A stretch of DNA of 64,000 nucleotides from Botryllus schlosseri (lineage: Eukaryota), in the NCBI GenBank assembly GCA_051294905.1, contig CM119383.1:7440001-7504000 (forward strand), in the 5' to 3' direction. Below the pieces are notes generated by a model. The model was not told the origin of the DNA and made no database searches. It saw only the letters and a program-made list of their open reading frames with translations. Positions within the stretch are counted from its first letter, which is position 1, and each line of letters opens with the position of its first letter. This document shows, piece by piece, positions 40,191 to 55,605 of the stretch. Both the position numbers and the translations under genes were made by a program.

Positions 40191-40853
40191 TAGGGCTCTT
40201 CAAAAATGACTGTTTTTCTCAAATCGTACTGGCTACTTGATAAAATTGTTAGGTTACCTAATTTAAGCCTACACACAAAATTTGGTTCAATTCCAGCCAG
40301 TAACCGCTTTGCTACAGGAGAAGAAAGTTTCTATTTATTATATAAAAATAAATCATAAAAAATTTGAAAATTTTCTGTTCACCCCATGAAAGTGTTAGGC
40401 TGTCTATAGAAACGATGCTCACCAAATCTGGTTCAATGCCAACCAGTGGAAGCGGAGTTATTGCCGTCGAAAAATTTTGATTTGAATAAAATAGTATTTA
40501 CGGAGACCGATTCTTTGTTTATTGATTATAGTTGTGCTTACCGTAAATACTATTTTATTCAAATCAAAATTTTTCGACGGCAATAACTCCGCTTCCACTG
40601 GTTGGAATTGAACCAGATTTGGTGAGCATCGTTTCTATAGACAGCCTAACACTTTCATGGGGTGAACAGAAAATTTTCAAATTTTTTATGATTTATTTTT
40701 ATATAATAAATAGAAACTTTCTTCTCCTGTAGCAAAGCGGTTACTGGCTGGAATTGAACCAAATTTTGTGTCTAGGCTTAAATTAGGTAACCTAACAATT
40801 TTATCAAGTAGCCAGTATGATTTGAGAAAAAATGTCATTTTTGAAGAGCCCTA
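40191..40853. mobile_element. Foldback hAT MITE, ~320-bp arms (copy 1)
   Basis: Ends tagggctcttcaaaaatga; almost the whole element is one inverted repeat; TSD ttgcacaa at 40183-40190 and 40854-40861. Confidence 0.9.
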
Positions 40854-41277
40854 TTGCACAATGCACACGCACATGCGTTTTGCCTCTTTGCTAGAGAGGT
40901 TCAACCTGATTATAAATTGATGGATTCTATCACGTGTTAACAATATGCATATTGCTTTCGTGTTGTTTCTTTCCTCATGGTTTACGCAACACTTGTGAAA
41001 TTTTGGGAAATGTAGAACTACAGGGCTAGAACTTCGCAATTGAACTCTGGAATCGAGTTCAAACGAAAAATGTACATGTTCCGTTCATTTGTTCATCAGC
41101 CAATGATAAATGATCGTGTTCACTGTTCAACAATGAACTTGATAATTAATCACGGCAGCCCAGGTTACGATAATTTCCGGGCTAACATAGGTGAGTACGG
41201 CCACCGCACTGCTTTGTCGTCGTATTATAGCCTTATTTCAAACACCTCGCAACCCAGGTGGAGACGCACAGTATCAC

Positions 41278-41299
41278 TATAGAATGTAAACATTCTATA
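41278..41299. mobile_element. 22-bp hairpin with 7-bp TSD
   Basis: tatagaatgt-aa-acattctata flanked by GTATCAC at 41271-41277 and 41300-41306. Confidence 0.65.
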
Positions 41300-43249
41300 G
41301 TATCACCAAACAATAATAAACTTCATTCGATAGCCTATAACATTTCCTTGTGACGGAATCAATTGGTATTTTTGAATTGGTGTGCTGCGGATCTTTTAAA
41401 ATTAAGATTTTTGATATGCGGCTCGCGCATGAAGCAAGTCTGTCTACCCCTGGTACATCTGAATTGCCGGTTCGCATGCAAAAATGAATAGCGTTTGAGG
41501 TTAAAGGGTTCGCTTTGGATAGTCCGGCATTCCAACACTTCCCATAGTCAGTTTTTCATCGGAATCTGTTGAATAGAACTATATCAACCTATTGGCAGAC
41601 TGGGGTGTAGAAGATGAACTTTACCATACTCCAATTTACGATTCAAACAGGTTAATGCCATTTCGTATTTGTTATTTCACACCGATCAAGTGATATCAAT
41701 AGTGACTTTCTGGAATCCTCCAAAACAAGATAGCCTATAGCTATGCCCAATGCATAGAGAAACTCAAGCGTCTAACTTCGGGGAATATTTAATGGATTCT
41801 TCGTTCTTTATAGACTAACGATGATGAGAAGTTCCGATACAGTGGACGTAACTTCGATGAAGTCAATATGGATGAAGAAGGGACTGTTGGCGAGAAAAAC
41901 TCAGTTTACACAAAAAAGAACAAGCATTCAAAATCCAAATTTCGTTTTACGCGTACGAAACGAGGAAGCAAAAACGAGTCCGTGTACACAAAAACGTCTG
42001 AATTTTGAATATGCATTGACATATATGTAGTCGTGTTATGACACACCTTTTAACGTTTTCAATTCCTTTTCCATCAGCATGTATTTGCACTTTAGTTTAA
42101 ATATTCCCGTTGCATATACCTGACCGGGGAGCAGCTGCGGCTTCTTGGTAAGAATAATAGGTTCGGGATTCATCATCATCTATTAAATTTTTTATCATAC
42201 AATATACACCACAAGCTTGCGATATAATGAAAAGACAGGAGGGTGTCGAAACGACTTGGAGTAGCCTTTTAATCAGATACCCATCTTGGCCTATAGCATG
42301 TAAATAAGAGGCATGCAAACTGGATTTAAGAAGGACTGGATTATAGACTGTTGCGATCCTACTTGAATAAATAGGCCCGAAGCACAATATATTATTGCAT
42401 CTTACTGATGTTAGAAAGTATGCTCATGCTGGTCACTGCTCATGCGTGATAGGCCCATGAAATAATCAAATAATCCAGTTAACATAATTCTGCTGTGGTC
42501 AAGTACCAGAGATATCCGGATATATGACGAAAAATATTTATGTGATACGTACAACAATGTCGACTCAATATTTTCAAAGCCGCAATTGTTGTCTAAGCTG
42601 CCTCAATATGTCAAGGGTATATATTTATGTATACCCGGCTACCCGCAGATCCAGCTTCGTACATTTGCATATGCAACGTGGTCATCGCATTCTTCAATCT
42701 TCAGTGTGTATATAATTACTGCGAAGCGTTGCTGTGCCTATTCAGCCAACTTTTCATACGGTAGGCCTATTCGTTTCTATGTGCATGAGTTGTTCATTAT
42801 TCTGATTTTCTGTGTATGTGCGCAATACACAGGGACTAACCCACCGTGGTATATTTGTGATTCTACAACCGAACTGCGGTTAGAGCCATGCATGGGACTA
42901 TCATAATGCAAAAATGCAATTGATTGCGATTACGACTACAGCAATATCGCGCAGCAGAGTCGTTTACGATTACATGGAAATTCGGACATTTTTCGACATT
43001 ATGAAACTTAATTTTGAAAAATTTCACACTTAGGCATTGCTGCACAAGTGCACAGCATACTGTTGGTATTGTAGAACTTATCCACATCTTTTGTTTGAAC
43101 TGTCTGTCCTATATAAAGTAGCTTGGCAAGAATAAAGAAAAACGCTCAAAAGAAGCAGTTGTTTGCTGAGACTATTGTGGTTCAGCGTATACTGCTGGAG
43201 TCCTATGTAATACACCGAAGTCCCTAGAAACTAAATTATCACCGAAGTG

Positions 43250-44050
43250 CGGCCTGTTCTACAGCCTTGGGCGCTTCATGCCAGCATGGGTTCTTCTGAT
43301 ACTCTTTAAATCCTCAATCCAATCGAAGTTACATTATGGCATCCTCTGTTGGGGGGCTGCCAGTAAAACTGCACTCAAGCCACTGCAGAAACTACAGCAT
43401 AAAGTGCTCCGAATCATAGCTAGGGCCCCAAAGGGGCCTGGCTGCCCATCCAATAAGTCGCTGCTGAAGAGATTCGGCGTCCTAAACATAGAAGATATGC
43501 GGAAACTAGAAATCGCCAAGTTTCTGTATCAGTTTCACTGCGGTCGTTGCCCCGAATATTTCAATGACTTCTTTACCTCTGAATCAAAAGCGCACAGGTA
43601 CAACACACGCGCGTCCACGTCGTCCAAATATCATATGATCGACCGAAAAGATCATCGCTCTATCAAATATGCCGGACCTGATGTGTGGAACAGTATCCCG
43701 CCGGCCATCCGACAGTCGACGAGCATGTCCACATTCAAGTCGAAATACAAGCAATTACTACTAAATAAATACAGTCCATCCTCAAGATTACCGGACCACG
43801 ACTGACCTATCGATCTCGCTTCCCATGACATGCCGCCCTATTTCTTGTCGCTTTCTTTCTCTATACTATATTCTTTACTTTCACTCAGTGTACATGCCTC
43901 CTCTTTACATCGCCTAGGCCAAGGTGGGTGTCAGATTCCATAGACTACTCCTTGTCGCTTCGACATCTTCCTGTCTTTTCATTGTATCGCATTTTTTTGT
44001 GGTGTATTGAACTGATAAAATTGCTAATAAACCAATGATGATGATGATTG
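43250..44050 (+). mobile_element. 5'-truncated L2/Crack-like LINE with (ATG)n tail
   Basis: IQSKLHYGILCWG...LQKLQHKVLRII...GPDVWNSIP...FKSKYKQLLL. 3' UTR motifs recur at ~38100-38170, 42180-42320 and 56940-57330. Confidence 0.8.
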
Positions 44051-44570
44051 CTTAATATCGACAATATTGTCAACATCGCTCCTTTTAAACCGCAACCCAA
44101 ATTTGAATGTTATGAACATCTCGCGATCCACCCATACGTCGAGAACCACTGGGATATATGAAACAATGTCCACCACGCGATCAAGTTTCAGATTCGTATT
44201 TGAGATATCGGCGTGAGCTTCGTAAAACCTTTGAGAAAAGGAACATGGGCAGTGGGCAGTGTACGCAAAATTCTTCCTGTGCGTAGAATCCATAATATCA
44301 CTATTCTGAGCCGTCACGAAACAGCGCAAAATAAAGAACAGCTCGGATAATAACCGATTGATGTCAGCAGCTGAGTCCTAATGATTTATGTTGTCATGTT
44401 TTTTGTTTGACCGGTATAATATATTCGAATCTTTTAACATTCAGCTGGCATTTGTCGGATATGCATACCCTCACTTAGCAGCAACGCTCAATGTGCCTTT
44501 ACCTGGAAAGTATCCAAACAACAATGTCTCTAAATGCAATATTCTGGACACGACACTCTGCAGTCCACAT

Positions 44571-45232
44571 TAGGGCTCTTCAAAAATGAATTTTTTCTCA
44601 AATCGTACTGGCTACTTGATAAAATTGTTAGGTTACCTAATTTAAGCCTACACACAAAATTTGGTTCAATTCCAGCCAGTAACCACTTTGCTACAGGAGA
44701 AGAAATTTTCTATTAATTATATAAAAATAAATAATAAAAAATTTGAAAATTTTCTGTTCACCCCATGAAAGTGTTAGGCTGTCTACAGAAACGATGCTCA
44801 CCACATTTGGTTCAATTCCAACCAGCGGAAGCGGAGTTGTTGCCGTCGAAAAATTTGGATTTGAATAAAATAGTATTTACGGTGAGCACAACTATAATAA
44901 ATAAACAAAGAATCGGTCACCGTAAATACTATTTTATTCAAATCCAAATTTTTCGACGGCAATAACTCCGCTTTCACTGGTTGGAATTGAACCAAATTTG
45001 GTCAGCATCGTTTCTATAGACAGCGTAACACTTTCATGGGGTGAACAGAAAATTTTCAAAATTTTTATTATTTATTTTTATATAATAAATAGAAACTTTC
45101 TTCTCCTGTAGCAAAGTGGTTACTGGCTGGAATTGAACCAAATTTTGTGTGTAGGCTTAAATTAGGTAACCTAACAATTTTATCAAGTAGCCAGTACGAT
45201 TTGAGAAAAACAGTCATTTTTGAAGAGCCCTA
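44571..45232. mobile_element. Foldback hAT MITE (copy 2)
   Basis: Same family as 40191-40853; TSD gtccacat at 44563-44570 and 45233-45240. Confidence 0.9.
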
Positions 45233-47349
45233 GTCCACATAGACGGTTCAAGAAAAAAGTTAGAATACAAGCAGAATCATAGCTGTTCAAAGTTCATGGT
45301 GTTTAAACTACATTTGACATTATACACCAGGCCAATATTTCGATTGCTATTCCTGATCCATCGTCTTGTAGCACGGCCCATAGCTGGGCTTGAAAGTTAG
45401 ATAGCGAGTAGTAAAAATTACAAATATGACGGTCAATAACTTAATGCGCCGCACTACATTCGTTGTTTAGTTAGATTATCCTGTTTTTATCTCATAGTCC
45501 TTTAAAAATAAAACGTAGAGAAATCGTCCTTTTACAAAGCAATCGATCGTATCTGCAAACAATCAATTACGATTACTTGAAAACGCTGTAATCGTTGTAA
45601 TCGGTTGCAAATCACGATTATGTCTGGTCACAGCCAGTCACCAAATCGGAAAAACTTCCCTCTAATAATCGGCGGCTTTTCGTAATTGTAACGCGAAAAT
45701 TTTGGACGGTATCCAAATTACCTGTTGGGTGAATATACAGACAGATGGCTTTCGTCACAACCTCTATTGCAAAAACACAAGGTGTTAGCGACAATCGATC
45801 CTAGGATTTCAATAATCTTTGCTAGGCCTACATCAGCCATTGATATGCTGTAAAATCGACGTTGTGCAAGAGCCTGCTGCGTTATCGGTCATCGACGTTT
45901 ACCGCAAAGCTGCCGATAGGTTCTTTAAAAGTGTTAACTATCAAACAAACCAACAGAGTGCTAAGTGAGTGGATCAAGGATTGAATGGCCTTGAACTTTT
46001 CAACCGAATAAATTTATTTCGAGTTCTAGCACGATGAGATCGTTCGAAAGGAAACATTTGGACAATTTCACGTAAATATACTATAAACGAATTGTGGCTT
46101 CTATGCAATTTGAGTGAAGTTTCTGCGAACCAAAAATTCGTCTATAGTTCCAACTTATAATAGTATAAGTTCATTTTTCCGACACTAAGGTCAATATTAG
46201 TAAAATCCCTTGGCACGCATGAAGAGCGAGAATCTCGACAATTTTAACATCATTCAATTATCAAAATCGTGAATTTATAGGCATCCGAATGCACATAACG
46301 AACGATGACAGACAACATCGGTCACTCTATGAAACACAGAGTGGAAATTTTAAATTCATGTAACTGCAGAGTTGAGTATATAGCAGGTAACATTACTGAT
46401 TCGAAGGCAACGAAAGGTTGCTACCTTACCTGCGCTCTCATTTCTGAGCAATAATAATATTTACCACTATTAGTCCATGTTTCGTCATAATCGTCGGGCA
46501 CAAGCATCGCGTAAAGCCAACGTTCATTTGGGTAGCAAAATATGGTCTTCAATATAACGTTAGTCTGTCAAATTACTACTGCAACTGGTGGTCGATAACA
46601 TATGTTTTCCAACGGCTTAAACGCATATATTGTACTGTGAAATTTATATTGGATTGCATTTATACCTCCATTGAGTATAATTCGTATCAAATATATAAGG
46701 TCTTGTGGTCTCTTGGTTCCAGTAAGAATGGACGTAAATGACGACTCAAACATTAGATAAACAAAATACAGCTGCTGTATATTATGGAGCTTTCGTGACA
46801 ATAGCTTTACTCAAATAATAACGGCGGGATACTGACGGATGAGAGCATTAGACCTATACCTTATTGTCGGGTGACTATAATGCCTACATTAACGTTTGTT
46901 CTAGTAATACACCAGTAGTCCGGTGCACCCAATTTTAGACAGTGTCGTAAAAATTGGCGAGGAATTGCTTTTCGAGATTGTGAGGATATTTGCTTTCCAC
47001 ATGTAATTATTTAAATTGTTAGTTATATGAAATCTATGCAAAATGATGCTTTGCGTCGTGACACGACATGAACGTTTGTAAAATTTTCGAAAGCCAAGTG
47101 CACCAGCCCAAATAGGGTATTGCGTCGCTAAAGTCACTTCCCACGTGACAGTTTCCTATAGGCCTCATCAGCAATTCGTAATCTCTTATAGATTTCGTGT
47201 TAATCGTTGTTGAAGGTTAAGACCGAGTGTGTGAAAAGTTAAAGGCCGTGTTGTATTTATACCGACGCGCGACGCAGATTCTAATCAATTGCATGCGATT
47301 CAAGACGCCTACTTCATAGACTCTCTGGGGTTACGATAGTGACCATTGA

Positions 47350-50364
<3,015 letters not shown>

Positions 50365-51828
50365 ATGAATCTGAGTGTTACGTGTACGCTTCGAATTTAT
50401 TTGGAAATGTAATTGTAAATATCCGCAAACCACATCAACGCATTGGGTACAAGATGGTAGTTGTTCTAGTTTGGAACTTTTTCACTGGATTAGCATGTAC
50501 AAATTCACCACCATCCATAATTTATCAGATGTATATTGAAGTTATAAAGCACGCATGGTCAGTGGTCACTATATATCTTCACACTGTGTGTAATGTAGAC
50601 TTGATTATTCGCTATCACATACCGTTCATCATTTGATAGGTTCAAAATAATAAGCGATCAGATATGCAGCTTAACACGCATTTCACTTGTCACACGCTCT
50701 TTCTAAAATGATAAATATTGTTAAGTCCTCAATATATACACACTTGAAAGTTATGAATGGATACTGGAGCCCTAAATACTACTATATAATATTTAAACTT
50801 CGATGCAACTTTTGAGTAAGGTGTGGTGGAAGTTTTTAAAATTCATATAAGTGTATGTATATCCAAACCTTGTCTCGCCGTGCATGATTAACTTTGTTCA
50901 ATTGAATTGACCATGACTTTGCTGAATACATATCGAATCATTGCAACATCGAGTCGCCCACGTTTTTCAGTGTATGTTGACTTGCAAATAGTCTACGATA
51001 TTGTGAAGGTAAAATAAGTATACATTCAAGTAATGACGCAATCAACTACTAGTAGAAACAGCGATTTCAAAGACATTACTAAGAAGTATAGTAGAAAACG
51101 AAAGTACTGAAGACTCGACGTACAAGTAATTAAAAGGGGGAGGAAAAGTAGCTTAGAACGAGGCCTTCGTTAGTCAACCACAGATAATGGATTTCAACAT
51201 TGTAAGAGGAATGTTTCACCTCAGAATGACCAATGGTGCCGAATATATAACACCACTTTTTACTGGACAAAATGTCCGTAGTTTATTGGCTTCAAAATTG
51301 TTGAAGCAGAAACGGACGCAGTGCAAAATATAGTCATTTGTGTAAGTAGTGCAAGTAAGCAGAACCTCCCGGAGTACTCCGAAAAATCGGGTTTGTCGCT
51401 GACCAACTCTGCCTTATTCCAACGCCATATGCCGTGAATGTCTATACTTGGTGCTTCGGAGGCCACAAGATCAGCAAGTATCGAAATAGAGGTCACATCT
51501 GCTCTCTCCAATTTCGTTGGTATGGTTGGTGCACGTATAGGAGTAAGTATATGGCGACCTGTTTCGATAATGCCCAACGTAAGATAAATATTCACACCTA
51601 CGACTGTTCGTATAGTTATTTTTACCCATTTCGCGCTGGTCACGAATGCTCATCATAACCCAAACTACTCTCACACTTCTACCCACAAATAAGAACATAA
51701 TTTTATCATCGTCTTGGAACACCGACTGATGAATTTTAAATACACACAACTACAAGGTAAGATTTTATTAGCAACGACATAATAAAACGAAAAACACCGT
51801 CTCCATTTTGTGCACCGTAGCTGGTGCT

Positions 51829-54800
51829 TCATCGTGGTCTTATCAAATACCTTCCCTTTAAAAGTTGATGTGAGCTGATTTTTACTAAAGTACTGTTGCT
51901 CTGTCGAACTGTGATGTCGTTCAAGCCAATTGAAGTTATTGTCGCGCTGAAAAGAACAGGTGCGATATAATTATATGCATGCGAAACAAATCAACGCTTA
52001 AGGGGGTAAGGTGGCGTAATATAATAAGGCGCGGTATAATCCGCGGCTGCAACACCAATGGGTCCGGGTTCGAGTCCAACCGAGGTCGACTTCCGAATTC
52101 CGATACCTAAGTGTTGGAGGTTCACCTAGGCTCCTCCTCGGCACCTCCTCCGCGTCAGCGGCGTCTTACAAAAGCCTAGAGGTGGGCCGTGCTGTAAGTC
52201 GGCAGTTACAGATAATAATAAGAATATCGGCCTGGTGTAAATGACCAAAATAGTCGACAAACACCATGAATACCCCAAAAACAAACAAACCTAAGGGGGT
52301 ATTTTATGCGTGTCAATAGTTTCATCACTGCTACACAGTTAATTAAGAAAATGGCTTTGTATACATAAACTCTCGAGAACTATTGATAATACTCAACCTG
52401 GGAATGATTCATCCATGTTGTACTATTTGTCCTTGAGTGTGCAATGTGCATATCTTTTAACAAATTCTTTCATTCAGTCACCGGTACTGTATTCGTAGGC
52501 CAAGGTAGCAGTTTGATTGGTTGGATTTCACCAAGTCGTTTTGATACCTCCCATTCTTTTCATTGTGTGGCAATTGATAAAATAATACTGATTCTGACAC
52601 CATGTGGCGGAAATAATTGGACGTGGCCAGGAAAGTAGTACTTCTTTGGAGTACTTAAATAGGTTTTTCCAACTTTCGTTACTTACTCAAGTTGTTATGT
52701 CATATTCCACTCCACTTCCACTTGAGCAGTATTGGCAGCTAAACTGCTCCCTTTTAAATTTTTTAATTGTGCCAAGTAGAATGTATTGTTTGGGTGGACT
52801 TTTATGGGTACAATTGACCTAAAACTGGGCGAGGTGACCCTTCTGGACTTTACCAGAATAATTGCACCAATTGCACATGTCACAAATTATTCTGTGCTAG
52901 TCACCAAGATACGACAACTGACCTCAGCAATTGTTTAAAAAAAGAAAGTCAGCAAAGTCCTGTTCCAATTAATCCACTTCTTCAAACTATCTACTGGAGT
53001 ATATGGAGACACACTCCACTTACTGTGTATTGCACATATCTTTTCCTTTCATTGTAACGGTTTGTCCTCTGCGGTATATTCTTCCATTGTATGTCAATTT
53101 GTGGTCGCGGATGCTGCAAGTGTGCTTCAATTTGGAGACGTAGTCTACAGGGTAAGAGTTAATCCCAACCGAAATCACGGGAGAAAAGAAGTACCACACC
53201 TGAGTCTCCAAACTTTTTTCGTTTGGTCGCGGTCAAGGCTCTCTTGATCACAGTCCAGTCGTCCACTATATCGTCCTCTTTCAACTTGTAGACTATATAT
53301 GGACGTGAGGTGGAGTCAAGGGTAATGTCATCTTTAATCACACACACAAAAAAGACAAGGCCTAATGAAGATTTGCTAGAATTTAAGATTTTCTTGACTG
53401 TGCATTAAAATGTAAAAACTTGTATGTAGTAATATAATAAAGTTGTTTCTTTTGATTGTAAAAGGATATCTGACACTGTCACCGGCTTTCTCTTCCTCTT
53501 ATTTCCATTTCCATTAACGTATCCAAAGCTGAACTGGCAATCTTTTTTGAATTTCAGGCCATGACCCTTCCGTCTGGACTTGCAAATTGGTCCCCCGTGC
53601 ATTGAGCGCGACTTTTGCGCATTTCCGAGCTCCGTGTCAGTCCACAATTCAGTTGAAAAGTCAACATTATCTCGATCTTCCTCCAGAATCCTGATTCTCT
53701 CCAGTATATCCGCTCGAATATCGTCAGCCATCATGCTCTTCTCGTTCTGAAACATGTATCTGAAGAATTCGAATGCACCCTGTCAAAAGTCTGTCTCACC
53801 TCAAAATGTTGAGTGTTGGCTTGAATTTGCGACTTGTAGATGCGTCCGATCGAGCTTTTTCTCAGCTCTCGAAGTCTCTCGCACACCTGATAAATTCATC
53901 AATTACCGAGTTAATTATTGTACCAACTTGTCATACATCGTTTGTCAAGTAATACAAAGCTATTGACAATTATTGTGATCAAATTTGAATGTTCAATATA
54001 AATATTTGGGGAGCGATAGACGGAGGCAAATTATAACTGACACTAAAGCAGGAAGGAGCCGAACTGTATATTATCATCTGCCCTGCTGGGAAGAGGAGTC
54101 GGAAGGGAGTCAGCATCACCATATTTTCCCGTTCATGCAATTCCGGAGTGCCAATTGGCTAGCCGGGAAGCAGTGGATACCAGTTCGAAAACATAACCGC
54201 CAATACATAAGGTGGACGCTATAACAGTACGCTGTCACGTCAGCAATAGCAGTAAAGGTATACCAAATTGCATGAGGTATCAGACAAAATGTGACTTTAA
54301 GCACGTATTTCAATTGGTCGTATTTCCGCCAACAAAATTCCAGTTGGCATCAATCCAACAAAATATGTTCGATTTTTTACCATCAAGTCATTCATGCTGA
54401 GACAATGAAATAATTGTTATATAGTGGTGGGAGTGATATTTGAAATTTGTTCAGTTGAGCACAGATGTAAAGTGAACAATTCCTTATAAAGAAGCATATC
54501 ATCCATCGTTATAATTTGAGAATCTCACGATTGCAGATTGTTTTTCAATGAACTATTATCCACACAAACCTCGATCCTGGATTTTTGACTCTGCTGCAAC
54601 GCATTGAATGGATCAAGATATTCAGAGCCAGCTTCAGACTTTACTTTTTTTAGCTGCCGTGTGATTTGGCTGTGACGCTCTTTGTAAAGCCTTCAAAACA
54701 TTGAAGTTTAAAAAACATAATATGCGTCAATCGCTCTCAAAATAATATACCGATCTCTGATGTTCGTGAATTGTCTTTCGATAGTTGACATTTCGTCCAA

Positions 54801-55566
54801 GCATTGCGAGCGTATTCTGCTACTGTCTTCTTCGTCCAGTTCTGAACTTTCCGAATCCTCATCCTGCGTCAACCAGAATACACAGTAATGTAAATTAGTA
54901 TTACCAAAACAAAGGTGTGTATAGAAATGTGGACAATGACATGCCACCATCAATCTGTTGGTCACAGCATCATAAATGTGACGACTAGAAATATTATATA
55001 AGCTAATTACAGTCTGCAGTTTTCTTACAACAAAAGTAAAATAATGTAGGCCTACAGATATGCATATTTTCGTCTGCGCCATTGATGTGCTTCGACAATG
55101 GATATGGAAAGGAACTGGAAGGTCACCGAGTCCCCATTTTTCTGTACCGGGCTATCGTGGAGTGCCAGCGGAGATGAGCAGCAAAGAAGCTGGGAACAGC
55201 AGCTTTACAAACAAGTCTTTGGTCGGACCTGAGGGGGCTCGAACCAACTAACTAACAATGGAGAAGCTAGATACTTTACCATTGTGTTATCTATAGTATT
55301 AGAAATTTCGTATGACAGAGGTGATTGGAATCTAGGTTGCACTAAAAGACCCAGAACTGGACACTGTTTAGGTTAAGAAGAAACACATAAACAGCATATT
55401 ATTAGCCAAGTTTGAATGAATGTCATATGGACTATCACATATATGGAATATCACATAGACTGGACCACCAGACACTTGATTTTACTATCTTGATTCTAAC
55501 TAAACTACAATCTCAGTCACACTTCTCATCTTCATGCAGCAATACCAGCATAAACAAACACCCATA

Positions 55567-55605
<39 letters not shown>

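Noticed and set aside
44024-44329. Minus-strand ORF with a faint death-domain-like pattern (LDRVVDIV...W...FGLRFKRSDVDNI)
   Set aside because: Similarity is too weak by eye, it abuts a LINE tail, and I found no further exons. An HMM search would be needed.
52695-52883. ORF that could be the last exon of the fusion gene
   Set aside because: The true last exon is 51946-51829, matching the paralog residue for residue with the same length.
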